A DNA stretch of 64,000 nt from a virus. Lineage: Duplodnaviria > Caudoviricetes. This document shows positions 10,244-20,699 of the stretch, piece after piece; positions within the stretch are counted from its first letter, which is position 1, and the number at the start of each line of letters is the position of its first letter. The DNA lies in the IMG/VR virus record IMGVR_UViG_3300032248_000171, positions 38,130 to 102,129 of that record, one strand, 5' to 3'. The position numbers were made by a program, and so were the translations under genes. The notes under the pieces were generated by a model. That model was given only the letters and a program-made list of their open reading frames with translations. It did no database searches and was not told where the DNA came from.

Positions 10244-10268
10244 GGGGATGTTCACATCCCCTTTTTTT
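10244..10268 (+). terminator. Intrinsic terminator
   Basis: GGGGATG-ttca-CATCCCC followed by a T-tract. Confidence 0.8.
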
Positions 10269-10275
10269 ATAAATA
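10268..10275 (+). promoter_or_regulatory. T4-type late promoter TATAAATA
   Basis: Exact gp55 consensus upstream of a structural gene. Confidence 0.75.
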
Positions 10276-10311
10276 CTTCTTAGAATAAGAATATTTTCAC
10301 AGAGGAAACCG

Positions 10312-11436
10312 ATGGCAATTTTCGGAAAAATCGACGCGAAGGCGTTGGCAAATAATGTAAGTGTTACTAACGGTAGCACTACAGTAACTACAACTGGTGA
10401 TTTCACCAATAAAACAACAGCAGATTTTATTCAGAATGGTGATGTTCTTTCACTTAGTACAGTTCAGTATACGGTTGAGTCAGTAGTTTCAGCAACTACA
10501 CTTAAACTTAGAACTGCATATGCTGGTTCAACTGGAACTGTTACTGCTGCTAATGCTCTTCGCAGAACTCCTCCTAAGGAAGTTGCAACTCTTCTGATTG
10601 ATGAGAATGGTCAGAACGCACACTATTCATCTGGCACAAGTATTGTCTTCGTTGATAAAACTGAAGCTGCTTTGGAAGAAAACAAGGCTCGCGGTCTTAA
10701 GTTTCCAGGTTGGTGGACATACAGAACTTATGTTGATGCTGATGGCAACACTCGTTATAAGACAGAGTGCATAGCATTTGTGAAAGAAACTGCTGCTAAT
10801 GCTGGTGATTTTGATACCGACAACGTTGCTGCTGACGTAACTTCAACTATCACTATTTCTAGTCAACCATCTAACCAGTCAACCTCTGGTCCTCTTGGCG
10901 CTATCCTTACATTCACCCGCGCTGGTACTGCCGCTGCTGGAACTGCTGGACCTTACACTATCACTGGTGCCACTACTGGTAACGTAATTACTAACGTTTC
11001 TGGTGGTGCTGCTCCAGCTTCTACTGGATATGAGTTCACAGTTTCTCGTGCTGGTGGGGTATACACTGTCGCGGTTGTAACTGGTGGTTCTGGTTTTGCT
11101 GCTACTGATACAATTCTTGTTAAGGGTAGTCAACTTGGTGGTGTTGATTCAACTAATGACCTCACAATTACTGTTTCTACAGTTGCTGCTGCTACCGCGA
11201 CATTCGCTGTTACTGCTTCTGTTGGAACTGGAACCCTTGCCTATCAGTGGCAAGTACAAACCGCTGCTTCTACAACGAAGTGGACCAATGTTGTTAGTGC
11301 TACTTCGGCTTCACTCGCACTCAGTACTCTCACAAGTGCTGATTCTGGTAAGAAGTATAGAGTTAAGATTACTGGAACTGCTGGTCCAACTGAACTTATT
11401 TCCAGCACTGCAACACTTACCGTAACCGCTGCCTGA
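10312..11436 (+). CDS. Virion structural protein (Thr/Ala/Gly-rich, C-terminal Ig-like domain)
   Basis: PGWWTYRTYVDADGNTRYKTE and LAYQWQ...DSGKKYRVKI...SSTATLTV (Ig-like); late promoter upstream. Confidence 0.65.
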   Translation: MAIFGKIDAKALANNVSVTNGSTTVTTTGDFTNKTTADFIQNGDVLSLSTVQYTVESVVSATTLKLRTAYAGSTGTVTAANALRRTPPKEVATLLIDENGQNAHYSSGTSIVFVDKTEAALEENKARGLKFPGWWTYRTYVDADGNTRYKTECIAFVKETAANAGDFDTDNVAADVTSTITISSQPSNQSTSGPLGAILTFTRAGTAAAGTAGPYTITGATTGNVITNVSGGAAPASTGYEFTVSRAGGVYTVAVVTGGSGFAATDTILVKGSQLGGVDSTNDLTITVSTVAAATATFAVTASVGTGTLAYQWQVQTAASTTKWTNVVSATSASLALSTLTSADSGKKYRVKITGTAGPTELISSTATLTVTAA

Positions 11437-11442
11437 TGATAT

Positions 11443-11802
11443 ATGATTTTTCATGAATTGACACCAGACAACTGGTTGTTATTTGCTATTAAAAACTATG
11501 ACAACCCGTTGTCTGTAACATATGATGATTTTGAAGAGGACTTACAAAAGTTCAAATATATTAAAAGATTACTTCGTCGTTATGATACTACAGGTGAATT
11601 GAAACACCACTTAATTCTCAATCATATCATTACCCTATATAATGTATTCAATGACGCAGCAACGCTGCTTCTATTCTATAAAATAGAATCGCAATACTGG
11701 TCAATCTTGAAAGCATTTATGGTATTCCTTGATAGATTGCCAGAGAATGTAGATACAAAAGATGTAGATGAACAATGTCTGAAACTTCTAAAACTAATAT
11801 GA
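11443..11802 (+). CDS. Conserved T4-like phage hypothetical protein
   Basis: NYDNP...FEEDLQKFKYIKRLL...LILNHII pattern. Confidence 0.75.
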   Translation: MIFHELTPDNWLLFAIKNYDNPLSVTYDDFEEDLQKFKYIKRLLRRYDTTGELKHHLILNHIITLYNVFNDAATLLLFYKIESQYWSILKAFMVFLDRLPENVDTKDVDEQCLKLLKLI

Positions 11803-12593
11803 ATGAAATGATGGCAGGTGATGGATCGTCACTAGCACTTCCTCCTGCCTTTGTGTTTGTAAATACAAAGAAAAAATCTAAAGTAAAACTTCTCAGAAGA
11901 AAACCAGAAGAGAAGGTTGATGGTCGCAAAAAAAGTGCTAAAAAATTAATCCAACGTGTAATGTCCAGGAGGAAAACTAAAATGTCTGAAGAGATTAAAG
12001 AAGTTATTGTGGAGGCAATCTCGGATACCGAGAAGGCACAGAAGCAGATTAAAGCTTCAAAGGAAATGAGAGCAAAGCGTGACCTTCAATCGAAGCGTAG
12101 CGATGCTAAGAAAAAAATGTCTGATAAAGCAGACGAAATGAATACTCTACTTCGTGCTCGTATGTCTGACTTCAAAAAGAAATCGGCAGAGAAGCAACAG
12201 AGGGCAGACAAGCAAGTTCAAAAGAACTCATACGACCCACAGGGTAATGTAATTTCGGAGATGGATAATATGGATTGGAATAGAAGCCCCGTGACGGGAG
12301 CGATTCCTCGTGGTGGTTCAGCAGGCGGTGTAGATGTATTCACTACTGCTATGAAAGTAGCTGAAGAAGGTTCAGCATATGGAAGAGACCCTGAGATTTC
12401 ATTTGCTAATCTTGTATTCCAGGATGGCACAGCGGGAAGAATTGGCGTCTTTGATGCTAAGAGAATCCTTGCTACATATGAGGGTCTATCCCCAGAGAAC
12501 AGAGACAAGTTCCGTGTGATGCTAAACATGAGTAATACTACATATCAGAAAGCACTAGATTTTGCGGTTCGTAACATTCCTAACTCATACTGA
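11799..12593 (+). CDS. Hypothetical basic/coiled-coil protein
   Basis: Long ORF containing DGRKKSAKK; ATGA overlap with the upstream gene. Confidence 0.65.
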   Translation: MNEMMAGDGSSLALPPAFVFVNTKKKSKVKLLRRKPEEKVDGRKKSAKKLIQRVMSRRKTKMSEEIKEVIVEAISDTEKAQKQIKASKEMRAKRDLQSKRSDAKKKMSDKADEMNTLLRARMSDFKKKSAEKQQRADKQVQKNSYDPQGNVISEMDNMDWNRSPVTGAIPRGGSAGGVDVFTTAMKVAEEGSAYGRDPEISFANLVFQDGTAGRIGVFDAKRILATYEGLSPENRDKFRVMLNMSNTTYQKALDFAVRNIPNSY

Positions 12594-12605
12594 TAGAGGG
12601 GAATC

Positions 12606-13001
12606 ATGGCTTTCGGATTTGGAAAAACTGAAATATCAGTTTTAGAAGCAAAATTTTCTATCTATGAAGATCTCTCAAAAGAGATGCTTGATAAACTTGA
12701 GAGAGCAGTAGATAAAATTAGCGAGAGCAACCACAATGTTGCTCTCATCCTTGAAAAACATGAATCTAGATTGGAACAAGCGGATAGGGCAGACAAAGCA
12801 ATTATGAATCTAATCGAGAGAGTAGAAAAAAAACTTGACGATCTAGAAAATAGAGTGGATAGCATTGCTAAGTTCCGTTGGATGACGGTTGGCATCGCTA
12901 CTGCTGCTGCTGTTGTGATTGGATCGTCAGGTTTTTTTGCTAACCTCTTGACACATGGTAGCAACGGTGCTATCATAGAGGAGAAGATCAACGTCAAATA
13001 G
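12606..13001 (+). CDS. Coiled-coil protein with C-terminal transmembrane helix
   Basis: Heptad region followed by FRWMTVGIATAAAVVIG. Confidence 0.7.
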   Translation: MAFGFGKTEISVLEAKFSIYEDLSKEMLDKLERAVDKISESNHNVALILEKHESRLEQADRADKAIMNLIERVEKKLDDLENRVDSIAKFRWMTVGIATAAAVVIGSSGFFANLLTHGSNGAIIEEKINVK

Positions 13002-13004
13002 ATT

Positions 13005-13991
13005 ATGAGTTACATTGACACCAAGTTTATTGGTCTTTTATCATGCCAACTTCTAAAATTCACTGAGAAAAAGAAAGGAACTTACAACTTCCGATGCCCT
13101 TATTGTGGTGACTCAGAGAAGAAACAAAATAAAGCACGAGGCTATCTCTTTTCCATGAGAGATAGTTTTGTTTTTAAGTGCCATAATTGTGGTGTTACCA
13201 GAAACTTTTCTCAGTTTCTTAAAGACCAAAACACTACCCTTCATGATGAGTATGTCATGGAGCGTTATAAAGAAGGCATGACTGGTAAGAACTATCAGGT
13301 AAAAGCACCTGATCTTAAAAAGTTTAATGCTAAACCAGTATTTAAAAAAAATATTTTCAGTGAACTGCCAACCATCGAGTCACTAAATAATACACACCCA
13401 GCAAAGCAATATCTGCTCGCCCGAAAGATACCAGAGAAATACTTCTCAACCTTCTATTACGCAGATGATTTTAATGCTTGGGAAAAGAATGACAACACAA
13501 TCAAAGAAGGACGAATCATCCTCCCGCTTGTATCATCTGATGGGAAAGTGTTTGGGTATCAAGGGCGATCTCTTAATAAAAATTCAAACTTACGTTATAT
13601 CACTACCATCTTGGATAAAGAATATCCTAAACTATTTGGACTTGATCGTATAGATGCTAATGAAAATATTTACGTCACAGAGGGTCCGTTCGACTCTCTT
13701 TTCTTGTCTAATGGATTGGCGATGTGTGGCGCTGACGTTGTACTTGACAGCATACGTTTCCCTACTCGTACATTTGTTTACGACAATGAACCCAGAAACA
13801 AGCAAATCATTAACAGATATGAAAAGTGTATCGCACAAGGAGAAAGTATTGTTATCTGGCCATCATCAATAAAGGAAAAAGATATTAACGATATGGTCAT
13901 GGCTGGTCATAACGTGGAAAGTGTGGTAAGATGGAACACATACAACGGTTTAGAAGCAAAAGTTAAACTTAACGACTGGAAAAAAATATGA
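13005..13991 (+). CDS. gp61: DNA primase gp61
   Basis: Zn finger CPYCGDS...CHNC; TOPRIM motifs TEGPFDS, YDNEPRN and KDIND. Confidence 0.96.
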   Translation: MSYIDTKFIGLLSCQLLKFTEKKKGTYNFRCPYCGDSEKKQNKARGYLFSMRDSFVFKCHNCGVTRNFSQFLKDQNTTLHDEYVMERYKEGMTGKNYQVKAPDLKKFNAKPVFKKNIFSELPTIESLNNTHPAKQYLLARKIPEKYFSTFYYADDFNAWEKNDNTIKEGRIILPLVSSDGKVFGYQGRSLNKNSNLRYITTILDKEYPKLFGLDRIDANENIYVTEGPFDSLFLSNGLAMCGADVVLDSIRFPTRTFVYDNEPRNKQIINRYEKCIAQGESIVIWPSSIKEKDINDMVMAGHNVESVVRWNTYNGLEAKVKLNDWKKI

Positions 13992-16300
13992 GTAACGGCA
14001 CCAATGTTAAAAAGCGCGATGGATCTACAGAGTCACTTAACCTAGACAAGATTCATCTGATGGTAGAATGTGCATGTGAAAACCTGTCTGGCGTATCACC
14101 ATCGCAAGTAGAAATCCAATCAGGTATCCAATTTTACGATGGCATCACAACACAAGAAATTCAAGAAATCCTTATCAGGTCAGCTAGTGACCTTATTAAT
14201 TTGGATTCTCCAAACTATCAGTTTGTTGCTGCTCGTCTCCTTCTGTTCTCTTTATATAAGCAGGTCTTTGGAGATAGTTGGAAGAACGGTTTTCCACCGC
14301 TAGCAGCACATCTATGTGAAGGTGTCACCAAAGGCATCTACGATAATGAGTTGCCTTCTAAATATACTGATGAAGAATGGAATAAGATTAGTTCGTGGGT
14401 TGACCATGACCGTGATTATCTATTCACCTATGCTGGTCTTCGCCAAGTAGTTGATAAGTATTTGGTTCAGGATCGCAGCAGTGGAAGTGTCTTTGAGACA
14501 CCACAATACGCTTATATGTTGGTTTCAGCAACCATCTTCTCTAACTATCCACAAGCAACTCGTCTCTCATATGTGAGGAGATACTATGACGCAATCAGCA
14601 AGCACAAAATCAACGTGCCAACTCCCATCCTCGCGGGAGTTAGAACGCCTCTCAGACAATTTGCGTCTTGTGTTCTTGTTGATAGTGATGACACCCTCGA
14701 TAGCATCTTTAGCAGTGACATGGCTATTGGTCGCTATGTTGCTCAACGTGCAGGCATCGGCATCAACGCAGGTCGCATCCGTGCTCTCAACAGCAAAATT
14801 AGAGGGGGCGAAGTGGCTCACACTGGAGTTATACCGTTTCTCAAAAAGTTTGAAGCAACTGTCCGTTGTTGTACGCAAAATGGTATACGAGGAGGAAGCG
14901 CGACAGTCCACTTCCCAATCTGGCACAGGGAAATCGAAGACATCTTAGTATTAAAAAATAACAAAGGAACAGAGGATAACCGTGTTCGTAAGTTAGACTA
15001 CAGTATTCAAATCAGTAAACTGTTCTATGAACGATTCATCACTAACCAAGAAATCTCACTCTTCTCTCCACACGACGTTCCAGGCTTGTCTGATACTTTT
15101 GGTCTTGCTGGATTTGATGAGTTATACAATGCTTACGAACGAGATACTTCTATTGCAAGAAAAACTATTAGTGCTCAAGAACTATTTCTTTCACTCCTAA
15201 AAGAGAGAGCAGAGACTGGTCGTATCTACATTATGAATATCGACCACTGTAACGAGCACTCTTCCTTCAAGGATAAAGTTTGGATGAGTAACCTATGCCA
15301 AGAGATTACACTTCCCACTAAACCACTACAGCATATCGATGATCCAGAAGGTGAGATTGCTCTTTGTATTCTTTCTGCGGTTAACGTTGGCAAGATTAAG
15401 CATCTAGAAGACATGGAAGAACTTTGTGATCTTTCAGTTCGTGCGCTAGACGAATTGATTGACTATCAAGGATATCCTATTGAAGCAGCACGAATCTCTA
15501 CGCAGAATCGTCGTTCACTTGGGGTTGGTTACATTGGTCTTGCTCACTATCTTGCTCGTCATGGTGAACATTATGATGATCCAGGTGCTTGGAAATTAGT
15601 TCATGATTTATCGGAAGCATTCCAATACTATCTACTCAAATCTTCAAATGAACTTGCCAAACAAAAAGGACGTTGTGGATACTTTGATCGTACTAAGTAT
15701 TCTGATGGTATTCTTCCTATCGATACTTACAAAAAAGATGTTGATGCAATTGTCTCTCACAAGTTGAATTATGATTGGGAATCTCTTAGGGCATCTATCC
15801 GTGAACACGGTCTCAGGAACTCAACATTGTCTGCACAAATGCCATCGGAAAGCAGTTCCGTTGTGTCAAACGAAACTAATGGAATCGAGCCACCTAGAGC
15901 ATACTTGTCCGTTAAGAAATCGAAGAAGGGTGTTCTCAAGCAGATTGTTCCCCAGTATACATCTCTTAAAAACAATTATACATTGCTTTGGGATATGTCT
16001 GGGAATACTGGTTATATTAATATTGTTGCAGTTATGCAGAAGTTCTTCGATCAAGCGATTTCTGGAAACTGGTCATATAATCCAGAGCATTATGAAAATA
16101 ATGAAGTTCCTGTTTCAGTAATGGCACAAGATCTTCTCACTACATATAAACTGGGATGGAAGACTTCTTATTATCAAAACACATATGATGCTAAGAAAGA
16201 TGCTGACGATGATGAGAAGAAAAAAGATATAGAAAATTTACTCAATTCAATTCTAGAAAACGCACAGGAGGAGGATGATTGTGATAGCTGCAAAATTTAA
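13988..16300 (+). CDS. nrdA: Class Ia ribonucleotide reductase alpha subunit
   Basis: ATP-cone, SCVL, SNLCQEI, TSYYQNT and C-terminal CDSCKI. Confidence 0.98.
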   Translation: MSNGTNVKKRDGSTESLNLDKIHLMVECACENLSGVSPSQVEIQSGIQFYDGITTQEIQEILIRSASDLINLDSPNYQFVAARLLLFSLYKQVFGDSWKNGFPPLAAHLCEGVTKGIYDNELPSKYTDEEWNKISSWVDHDRDYLFTYAGLRQVVDKYLVQDRSSGSVFETPQYAYMLVSATIFSNYPQATRLSYVRRYYDAISKHKINVPTPILAGVRTPLRQFASCVLVDSDDTLDSIFSSDMAIGRYVAQRAGIGINAGRIRALNSKIRGGEVAHTGVIPFLKKFEATVRCCTQNGIRGGSATVHFPIWHREIEDILVLKNNKGTEDNRVRKLDYSIQISKLFYERFITNQEISLFSPHDVPGLSDTFGLAGFDELYNAYERDTSIARKTISAQELFLSLLKERAETGRIYIMNIDHCNEHSSFKDKVWMSNLCQEITLPTKPLQHIDDPEGEIALCILSAVNVGKIKHLEDMEELCDLSVRALDELIDYQGYPIEAARISTQNRRSLGVGYIGLAHYLARHGEHYDDPGAWKLVHDLSEAFQYYLLKSSNELAKQKGRCGYFDRTKYSDGILPIDTYKKDVDAIVSHKLNYDWESLRASIREHGLRNSTLSAQMPSESSSVVSNETNGIEPPRAYLSVKKSKKGVLKQIVPQYTSLKNNYTLLWDMSGNTGYINIVAVMQKFFDQAISGNWSYNPEHYENNEVPVSVMAQDLLTTYKLGWKTSYYQNTYDAKKDADDDEKKKDIENLLNSILENAQEEDDCDSCKI

Positions 16301-17465
16301 ACTAATGGAAAATTCACCTATTAAAGTCGATGGCATGACAGTATTTAACTCGAATAAAGTTGACCTCAAAAAACAACCGATGTTCTTTGGTGCTCCACTA
16401 GGTATTCAAAGATATGATACCTACAAGTATCCTATTTTTGATAAGCTGACACAACAACAACTTGGATATTTTTGGAGACCTGAAGAGGTCTCCCTCTCTA
16501 AAGATAGAGGTGACTATTTAACACTTAGACCAGAGCAAAAGCATATCTATACTGCTAATCTTAAGTATCAGATTATGCTTGACTCTGTGCAGGGTCGTGG
16601 TCCTGGTATGGCATTCATTCCTTATTGCTCGCTCCCTGAACTGGAAGCAGCAATGACTATCTGGGAAACAATGGAGATGATCCACTCTCGTTCGTATACA
16701 TACATTATTAAGAATGTTTATTCTGATCCATCAGAAGTATTCGATACTATCCTTGATGACCAGAATATCTTAGAGAGAGCAAAAAGCGTAACGGAAGCAT
16801 ACGATGATTTCATCCGTGCTGCCCAAGAATATTCATCTGGTAACCAGTGGCAACATCAACTTGAAGGAGTAGATGCTGCCAAAGAAACTCTTTATGAATT
16901 GAAGCGTAAGCTCTATCGTGCTGTGATTAATGTTAACATCTTGGAGGGGATTAGATTTTATGTTTCGTTCGCATGTTCGTTCGCTTTTGGCGAACTTAAA
17001 ATTATGGAGGGATCCGCTAAAATTATCTCTCTCATCGCCAGAGACGAAAGCCAACATCTTGTCATTACGCAAAACATTATCAATAAGTGGCATGACGGAG
17101 ATGACCCAGACATCATGGCAATCGCTAAGGAAGAAGAGCAGTGGGTTATTGAACAGTTTAAGAAGACGGTAGATGAAGAGAAGCGTTGGGCGCAGTATCT
17201 ATTCAAAGATGGTAGCATCATTGGATTGAATGATAAACTACTCAACTCATATGTTGAGTATATTGCTAACCGCCGCATGAGAGCGATTGGTTTGAAACCT
17301 GTGTTTGATACTCCTATGTCAAACAATCCACTGCCATGGACTCAGCACTGGTTGTCATCTAAGGGTCTACAAGTTGCCCCACAAGAAACAGAGGTTGAGA
17401 GTTATGTTATTGGTGGTATTAAACAAGACGTTACGAAAGATACGTTTGCTGGTTTCCAACTGTGA
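16275..17465 (+). CDS. nrdB: Ribonucleotide reductase beta subunit (start may be the ATG at 16305)
   Basis: FWRPEEV, EMIHSRSY, LEGIRFY, DESQH and APQETEVESY. Confidence 0.97.
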   Translation: MIVIAAKFKLMENSPIKVDGMTVFNSNKVDLKKQPMFFGAPLGIQRYDTYKYPIFDKLTQQQLGYFWRPEEVSLSKDRGDYLTLRPEQKHIYTANLKYQIMLDSVQGRGPGMAFIPYCSLPELEAAMTIWETMEMIHSRSYTYIIKNVYSDPSEVFDTILDDQNILERAKSVTEAYDDFIRAAQEYSSGNQWQHQLEGVDAAKETLYELKRKLYRAVINVNILEGIRFYVSFACSFAFGELKIMEGSAKIISLIARDESQHLVITQNIINKWHDGDDPDIMAIAKEEEQWVIEQFKKTVDEEKRWAQYLFKDGSIIGLNDKLLNSYVEYIANRRMRAIGLKPVFDTPMSNNPLPWTQHWLSSKGLQVAPQETEVESYVIGGIKQDVTKDTFAGFQL

Positions 17466-17605
17466 AAAAAAGAAAGATAGAAAAACTACAAAAGAAACTA
17501 GAAGAGCAGCAGAAAAACATGGAGAATCTAAACCATCAACAAAGATGGATACTAGACATCCTACTGAAAAAATTCCAGACCCCTGGTTCAATTGAATAGA
17601 TAAAT

Positions 17606-17629
17606 ACCTCCATCATGGAGGTTTTTTAT
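17606..17629 (+). terminator. Intrinsic terminator after nrdB region
   Basis: ACCTCCA-tca-TGGAGGT followed by a T-tract. Confidence 0.65.
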
Positions 17630-17630
17630 T

Positions 17631-17984
17631 ATGAATCCAAGTTCGGCAAAGGCAAAGGGTCGCCGTTTGCAACAATGGGTAAGAGATAAATTGATTGAGA
17701 TGCTTGAAGTTCACCCCGAAGATATTGAATCCCGTAGCATGGGAGCAGGTGGAGAAGACCTTATCATGGCTCGTGCTGCTAGGTTAAAGTTCCCTCACAG
17801 CATTGAATGTAAAAACGTGGAGAAGCTAAATATATGGGATGCTTATGAACAAGCATCTGCCAACTCGGGTGACTATGAACCGCTTGTCGTCATTAAAAAG
17901 AATGGAAAAAAACCGCTAGCAGTGGTTGACGCAGAGTATTTCATACGTTTATTCGGAGACAAAAATGACGCTAGACCTTCATAA
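17631..17984 (+). CDS. PD-(D/E)xK nuclease, Holliday-junction-resolvase-like
   Basis: SAKAKGR...GEDL...SIECKN. Confidence 0.75.
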   Translation: MNPSSAKAKGRRLQQWVRDKLIEMLEVHPEDIESRSMGAGGEDLIMARAARLKFPHSIECKNVEKLNIWDAYEQASANSGDYEPLVVIKKNGKKPLAVVDAEYFIRLFGDKNDARPS

Positions 17985-18636
17985 CTTTTTTAAATTTTAT
18001 GATGACAATAATGATAATCATGTAGCAGCAGTTCAGTGGTTAGAGGATAACCTACCTGCTCAATTCCTTGATGATTCAGAATCAGATTGGATTGGAATTT
18101 TTAGAACTAAACCACCTACACCAGCAGTTCTAGCAGTTCCATATTTCAACCAAGTAGATAACTATAGAGACGCACATAGAACTTGTAACAGTTCATCGTG
18201 TGCTATGTGCCTTGCTTTCCTCAAACCAGGAAGTATTAAAGGCGATGACGAGTATGTTAAAAAAGTGTTTGCTATTGGTGACACAACTGACCATGCCGTA
18301 CAGACCCGTGTTCTACAAGGTTATGGTGTTAAGTCACACTTTAGTTACAATCTTTCTTTTAATGATATTGATAAGAGTCTTGATGCTGGGAAACCCGTTG
18401 TTATTGGTATTCTCCACAGGGGCTCTTTATCTGCTCCTACTGGCGGGCACATGGTTGTAGTTATTGGTAAGACACCAGATGGTAAAGGTTACTACTGTAA
18501 TGATCCATATGGTTCATGTAATGACAATTACACTGGACCAGTAACAAATGGTAAGAAGACCGTTTATACAAAGGCAATGCTTAAGCATCGTTGGTGCCCA
18601 GGTGGCAACGATGGTTGGGGACGTATTTTTGATTGA
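17965..18636 (+). CDS. C39-like cysteine peptidase (putative endolysin)
   Basis: VPYFNQ, TCNSSSCAM, GGHMVVVIG and NDPYG. Confidence 0.8.
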   Translation: MTLDLHNFFKFYDDNNDNHVAAVQWLEDNLPAQFLDDSESDWIGIFRTKPPTPAVLAVPYFNQVDNYRDAHRTCNSSSCAMCLAFLKPGSIKGDDEYVKKVFAIGDTTDHAVQTRVLQGYGVKSHFSYNLSFNDIDKSLDAGKPVVIGILHRGSLSAPTGGHMVVVIGKTPDGKGYYCNDPYGSCNDNYTGPVTNGKKTVYTKAMLKHRWCPGGNDGWGRIFD

Positions 18637-18654
18637 TAACTAAGGAGAACAACA

Positions 18655-19326
18655 ATGGCAAGAATCGATTTACACAACTTCTTCAAGTTCTATGACGAGA
18701 AGAATCCTAATCACGTTAAAGCTGTTCAGTGGTTGGAAGATAATTTACCAGTCAAATATCTAGAAGATAACATCGATTGGGCGGAGATCTATAGAGGAAA
18801 AAAGGGTAATGCGGCACCAGCATCAACATCATCTGCTGCCGCTTCTGTAGTTGGTGGTGATGATGTTCCACAAATGGGTATCAAATTGGTTAAGGAATTT
18901 GAAGGATGCCGTTTGAATGCTTATCCAGATCCACTCTCTGGTGGGTTGCCGATCACTATTGGTTGGGGTTCCACTAGAAATAAGAATGGACAACCATTCC
19001 ATATGGGCGATAGTATCACTCAAGCAGAAGCAGATGAACTATTGATTGAGGAAGCGAAGCATCACTTCCTTCCAGCACTTCGTAAAATTCCACACTGGAA
19101 TGAAATGTCTGATGGAAAAAGAGGTGCCCTATTATCCTTCGCTTATAATTTGGGCGCTGGGTTTTATGGCGGTGATAATTTTAATACTATCACTCGTGTT
19201 CTGAAAAACAAAGAATGGGATAAGGTGCCCGATGCGCTTTACCTCTACAGAAATCCTGGTTCAAATGTAGAAGCAGGACTAGCACGTAGAAGAAAAGCAG
19301 AAGGTGAAGCTTGGAAAAAAGGTTAA
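18655..19326 (+). CDS. GH24 phage lysozyme (endolysin)
   Basis: EFEGCRLNAYPD...TIGWGST, FAYNLG and GLARRRKAE. Confidence 0.93.
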   Translation: MARIDLHNFFKFYDEKNPNHVKAVQWLEDNLPVKYLEDNIDWAEIYRGKKGNAAPASTSSAAASVVGGDDVPQMGIKLVKEFEGCRLNAYPDPLSGGLPITIGWGSTRNKNGQPFHMGDSITQAEADELLIEEAKHHFLPALRKIPHWNEMSDGKRGALLSFAYNLGAGFYGGDNFNTITRVLKNKEWDKVPDALYLYRNPGSNVEAGLARRRKAEGEAWKKG

Positions 19327-19342
19327 CCTCGCATAAGGACAA

Positions 19343-19696
19343 ATGGAAAACAACAAAAGAGAAAAATGTATGAGCACAATTATTAGGATTAGTGTTTTGA
19401 GTTGGAGTGCTGCTCTTCTCACTGCTAGTTATGCTGGTCTTCTTGCTAAGATGGACCCTACATTTATTGCTACAGTATTTACTGCTGCCGCAGCAACTTT
19501 TGGAGTTGATACTTTGAAGAAGGGAGAGGATAAAGAAGATGCCGATAAACCCGCTGGAAGGAATCCAGAACCTGAATTCATCATCGATACCCCAGCTCCA
19601 ACCGAGCCAACTATCGCCACTACAGCAACCGAAGGTTGCCCAGAATGCGGTGCAGGGGATTCTCCCGACTATAGTAGAGCAACTACCGCCAGCTAA
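19343..19696 (+). CDS. Two-TM membrane protein, holin candidate
   Basis: Two hydrophobic helices around MDPTFIA; directly follows the lysozyme. Confidence 0.5.
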   Translation: MENNKREKCMSTIIRISVLSWSAALLTASYAGLLAKMDPTFIATVFTAAAATFGVDTLKKGEDKEDADKPAGRNPEPEFIIDTPAPTEPTIATTATEGCPECGAGDSPDYSRATTAS

Positions 19697-20285
19697 AACT
19701 CAGGTTCCTGTTACCAATGGATTGGAGCGTCCAGTATTTGACGCTCCTGATCCTTCTATCAAATATCCTGTGATTAATGTTCCTACACAGGAGGAATTTG
19801 ATGCGGCTGTGAGAGCAGAGAAACAAAAAGAACAGCAGGAAAAAGAAGAGAAGGAAAGAAAACTTCCTGATTCTCCACCACCAGTAATACCAGCAATTAA
19901 CGCTGTTCAACCACAAGATAAATCAGAGTCAACTACTCAACCTACCACCGACAAACCCGTAACAGCTGAGATACAGGTGCCTATCCTAGGAGCGGTTCCA
20001 GTGCCCACAAACAAAGAAGTGGCACTGGCAGGCACCACAGCAATGGCAGCAACCGCAGCGGCGCTTCTAGGCAAGTCTGCGGTCGATTTTTTATTGAAGT
20101 TTTTTAAACCTATTGCCAATCAAATTTGGATTCGTGGCAAAAAACTTCTATCTAAAGATTTAACTGACTATGAGTTACAACTATTCTTTGCTTTTGAAAA
20201 AGATAAGCAGATGAAAGCAGTTGCCAAGAAGTTAAAAAAAGAATTTAAACTAGAAAAGAAACGTCAGCATAACTTGGGTAAGTAA
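19539..20285 (+). CDS. Pro/Gln-rich protein with one hydrophobic segment
   Basis: Long ORF with ALAGTTAMAATAAALL; start uncertain because of the overlap with the upstream ORF. Confidence 0.6.
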   Translation: MPINPLEGIQNLNSSSIPQLQPSQLSPLQQPKVAQNAVQGILPTIVEQLPPAKTQVPVTNGLERPVFDAPDPSIKYPVINVPTQEEFDAAVRAEKQKEQQEKEEKERKLPDSPPPVIPAINAVQPQDKSESTTQPTTDKPVTAEIQVPILGAVPVPTNKEVALAGTTAMAATAAALLGKSAVDFLLKFFKPIANQIWIRGKKLLSKDLTDYELQLFFAFEKDKQMKAVAKKLKKEFKLEKKRQHNLGK

Positions 20286-20699
20286 TTACTTCTTACGCTT
20301 AGCATCTAACTCAGCAAAGTTTTTCTTTTTGGTCCCGCCATCATACGTCCAAGCATAACCTTCAACAATCATTTGATCATTCAATGATGTCTCTTGGTCG
20401 TTGATGAATAGATGACCGATGATTCTACCATACTTTTCTGTGCTATCTGGTAGTTCGGTCTTAATCAAAATGTGTTCAGCATTTTCTACTTTATGCTTAA
20501 GCCATTCTTTAGATTCGAGACCATATTTCTTTTCATTAGCATCAGCTGTTCTGCTCTCTGGGGTATCGACACCAGCAAGACGAATTCGCTTAGTAAGGGA
20601 GATATCAAAACCAAGATCAATGTCAGCATCAATAGTGTCGCCATCGATTACCTTTGTGATTTGTTTGATACGATAGATGTATGGATCTTTTAATGACAT
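20286..20699 (-). CDS. SNase-like (thermonuclease family) nuclease
   Basis: VIDGDTID, RIRLAGVDTPE and EKYGRII. Confidence 0.9.
   Translation of the reverse strand: MSLKDPYIYRIKQITKVIDGDTIDADIDLGFDISLTKRIRLAGVDTPESRTADANEKKYGLESKEWLKHKVENAEHILIKTELPDSTEKYGRIIGHLFINDQETSLNDQMIVEGYAWTYDGGTKKKNFAELDAKRKK

Noticed and set aside
13988-17465. Introns or inteins in nrdA/nrdB
   Set aside because: Both frames are continuous and of normal length.
17305-17599. ORF after nrdB
   Set aside because: Two overlapping frames are open (17305-17595 and GTG 17462-17599). I cannot tell which, if either, is real.
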